A stretch of DNA of 64,000 nucleotides from Truepera sp. (GTDB taxonomy: Bacteria > Deinococcota > Deinococci > Deinococcales > Trueperaceae): positions 2,752,001 through 2,816,000 of the forward strand of contig CBDCKW010000009.1 in assembly GCA_965218435.1 (NCBI GenBank), read 5' to 3'. Shown here one piece after another: positions 62,926-64,000 of the stretch (positions are counted from its first letter, which is position 1; each line of letters opens with the position of its first letter). The notes under the pieces are model-generated. The model made no database searches. It was not told where the DNA came from and saw only the letters and a list, made by a program, of their open reading frames with translations. The position numbers and the translations under genes were made by a program.

Positions 62926-63417
62926 GTGACGCTCGAGCTAGAACGACTGCAACAGCAAACCACTGCGGACGGCAAACTTTGTGTTGTATCCGCGCTAATC
63001 AAAAATAAACGGGGTCACATCTTCGTACAAAAGAGAACTTTAGATAGACAGCTCTTTCCCGGCTGCTGAGACGTTGTAGGTGGTCACGTCGAGACAGGTG
63101 AAACACTTTTTGAGGCTTTAGCTCGAGAGGTCAAAGAAGAAACCGGCTGGCAGCTTACCCGCTTAGTGGCCCTACTTGATACCGTCGCTTGGGAAGCGCA
63201 TAGAATAGCGCGGCGGGAGTTCAGTTTTCTAGTTGAGGTAGAGGGAGACCTCGAGCACCCGGTACTGGAAAAAAACAAAGTCAGTGAGCACCGCTGGCTC
63301 AGCCCCGGACAGCTTGACATCCTTAAAGAGAACCGCTCAGCAGACGACCTGACGATTCTGCGTCTTGTAGAGAACGCGCTAGCTTTCAACCGACCTAAAA
63401 ACGACGGCCTATACTGA
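62926..63417 (+). pseudogene. NUDIX hydrolase interrupted by an in-frame TGA
   Basis: GTG 62926 ..HIFVQKRTLDRQLFPGC-TGA(63067)-DVVGGHVETGETLFEALAREVKEETG; the Nudix box is intact and in the same frame through to 63417. Confidence 0.8.
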
Positions 63418-63421
63418 AACC

Positions 63422-64000
63422 ATGCTCATCTACGGAAAACAAGCCGTCACCGAAGCCCTGCAAGAAGGAGGCGCAGAACGCGTCTACGTCGCGCACGGCG
63501 TTCAACTCGGAACCGTCAAACAGCTCCAAACTTTAGCCCGTAAAGCCGACGCGGACTTTCAGCTCGTCCCCCGCACCCAGCTCGACCAGACCCTTAAAAC
63601 GACGCGGCATCAGGGGATTGCCGCCGAACTTCCCGACCTCACCTACGCCGAGCCGGACGCACCTTTCAAACTGGCCGAGCAGCGCGGTGAAAAACCCCTG
63701 CTGGTTTTGCTCGACCAGATTACCGACCCGCACAACTACGGTGCGATTATCCGCAGCGCCGAAGTGTTAGGGGCGCACGGCGTCGTCACCGAAGAGCGGC
63801 GGAGCGCGAGCTTGTCGGCGGTCGTCGCTAAGGTTTCGGCGGGGGCAAGCAGTCACTTACCGCTGGTGCAGGTTAAAAACTTGCCGCGTTATATGGACGA
63901 GCTTAAAGAACGGGGCGTGTGGCTTTACGGCGCGTCGGGCGAAGCTCATTTACGCCCCGAGCAGATTGATTGGGACCGGCCCGCCGCGCTCGTGATCGGG
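63422..64000 (+). CDS. rlmB: 23S rRNA 2'-O-methyltransferase, TrmH/SpoU family (partial, runs off window)
   Basis: Manual translation MLIYGKQAVTEAL..HQGIAAE..LLDQITDPHNYGAIIRSAEVLG..KVSAGA. Confidence 0.9.
   Translation, partial: MLIYGKQAVTEALQEGGAERVYVAHGVQLGTVKQLQTLARKADADFQLVPRTQLDQTLKTTRHQGIAAELPDLTYAEPDAPFKLAEQRGEKPLLVLLDQITDPHNYGAIIRSAEVLGAHGVVTEERRSASLSAVVAKVSAGASSHLPLVQVKNLPRYMDELKERGVWLYGASGEAHLRPEQIDWDRPAALVIG

Noticed and set aside
60102..63069. Genome-wide UGA recoding (Trp or Sec) suggested by two in-frame TGAs
   Set aside because: TGA is a normal stop in actB, actE, actF, the response regulator and glpK, and TGG is used for Trp throughout.

Overview
Bacterial chromosomal window, probably Deinococcota and Truepera-like. 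This is an inference from the Thermus/Deinococcus-type EF-Tu segment '[24 protein letters not shown]', a tmRNA tag GTNNQQYAMAA, many apparently leaderless genes and a Thermus c552-like domain. From left to right it holds: the str/S10 ribosomal cluster (rpsL-rpsG-fusA-tuf-rpsJ-rplC-rplD); a sua5-purE-purK-amylosucrase operon; a complete alternative complex III operon (actABCDEF) ending in an ActG-like/cytochrome c552 fusion; a secreted pullulanase; gyrB; proA; tRNA-Leu(CAG); two hyper-acidic microproteins; a peptide-type ABC transporter with an acetamidase; malK; a photolyase-like gene; galE; tmRNA; an OmpR-family two-component system surrounded by uncharacterised exported proteins that share an 11-bp-period upstream repeat; an SDR/AraC pair; GH15-zwf; a variable region with two broken genes, a nucleotidyltransferase lacking a canonical start and a low-GC foreign gene; glpK; and rlmB. 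The best leads are the predicted two-component regulon at 44.2-50.1 kb, the ActG-c552 fusion with a structured RNA and operator upstream of the act operon, strong enrichment of the palindrome CTCGAG across the window, and non-canonical starts. I saw no CRISPR array, transposase or integrase. All calls come from reading the sequence and recalling motifs; no searches were run.
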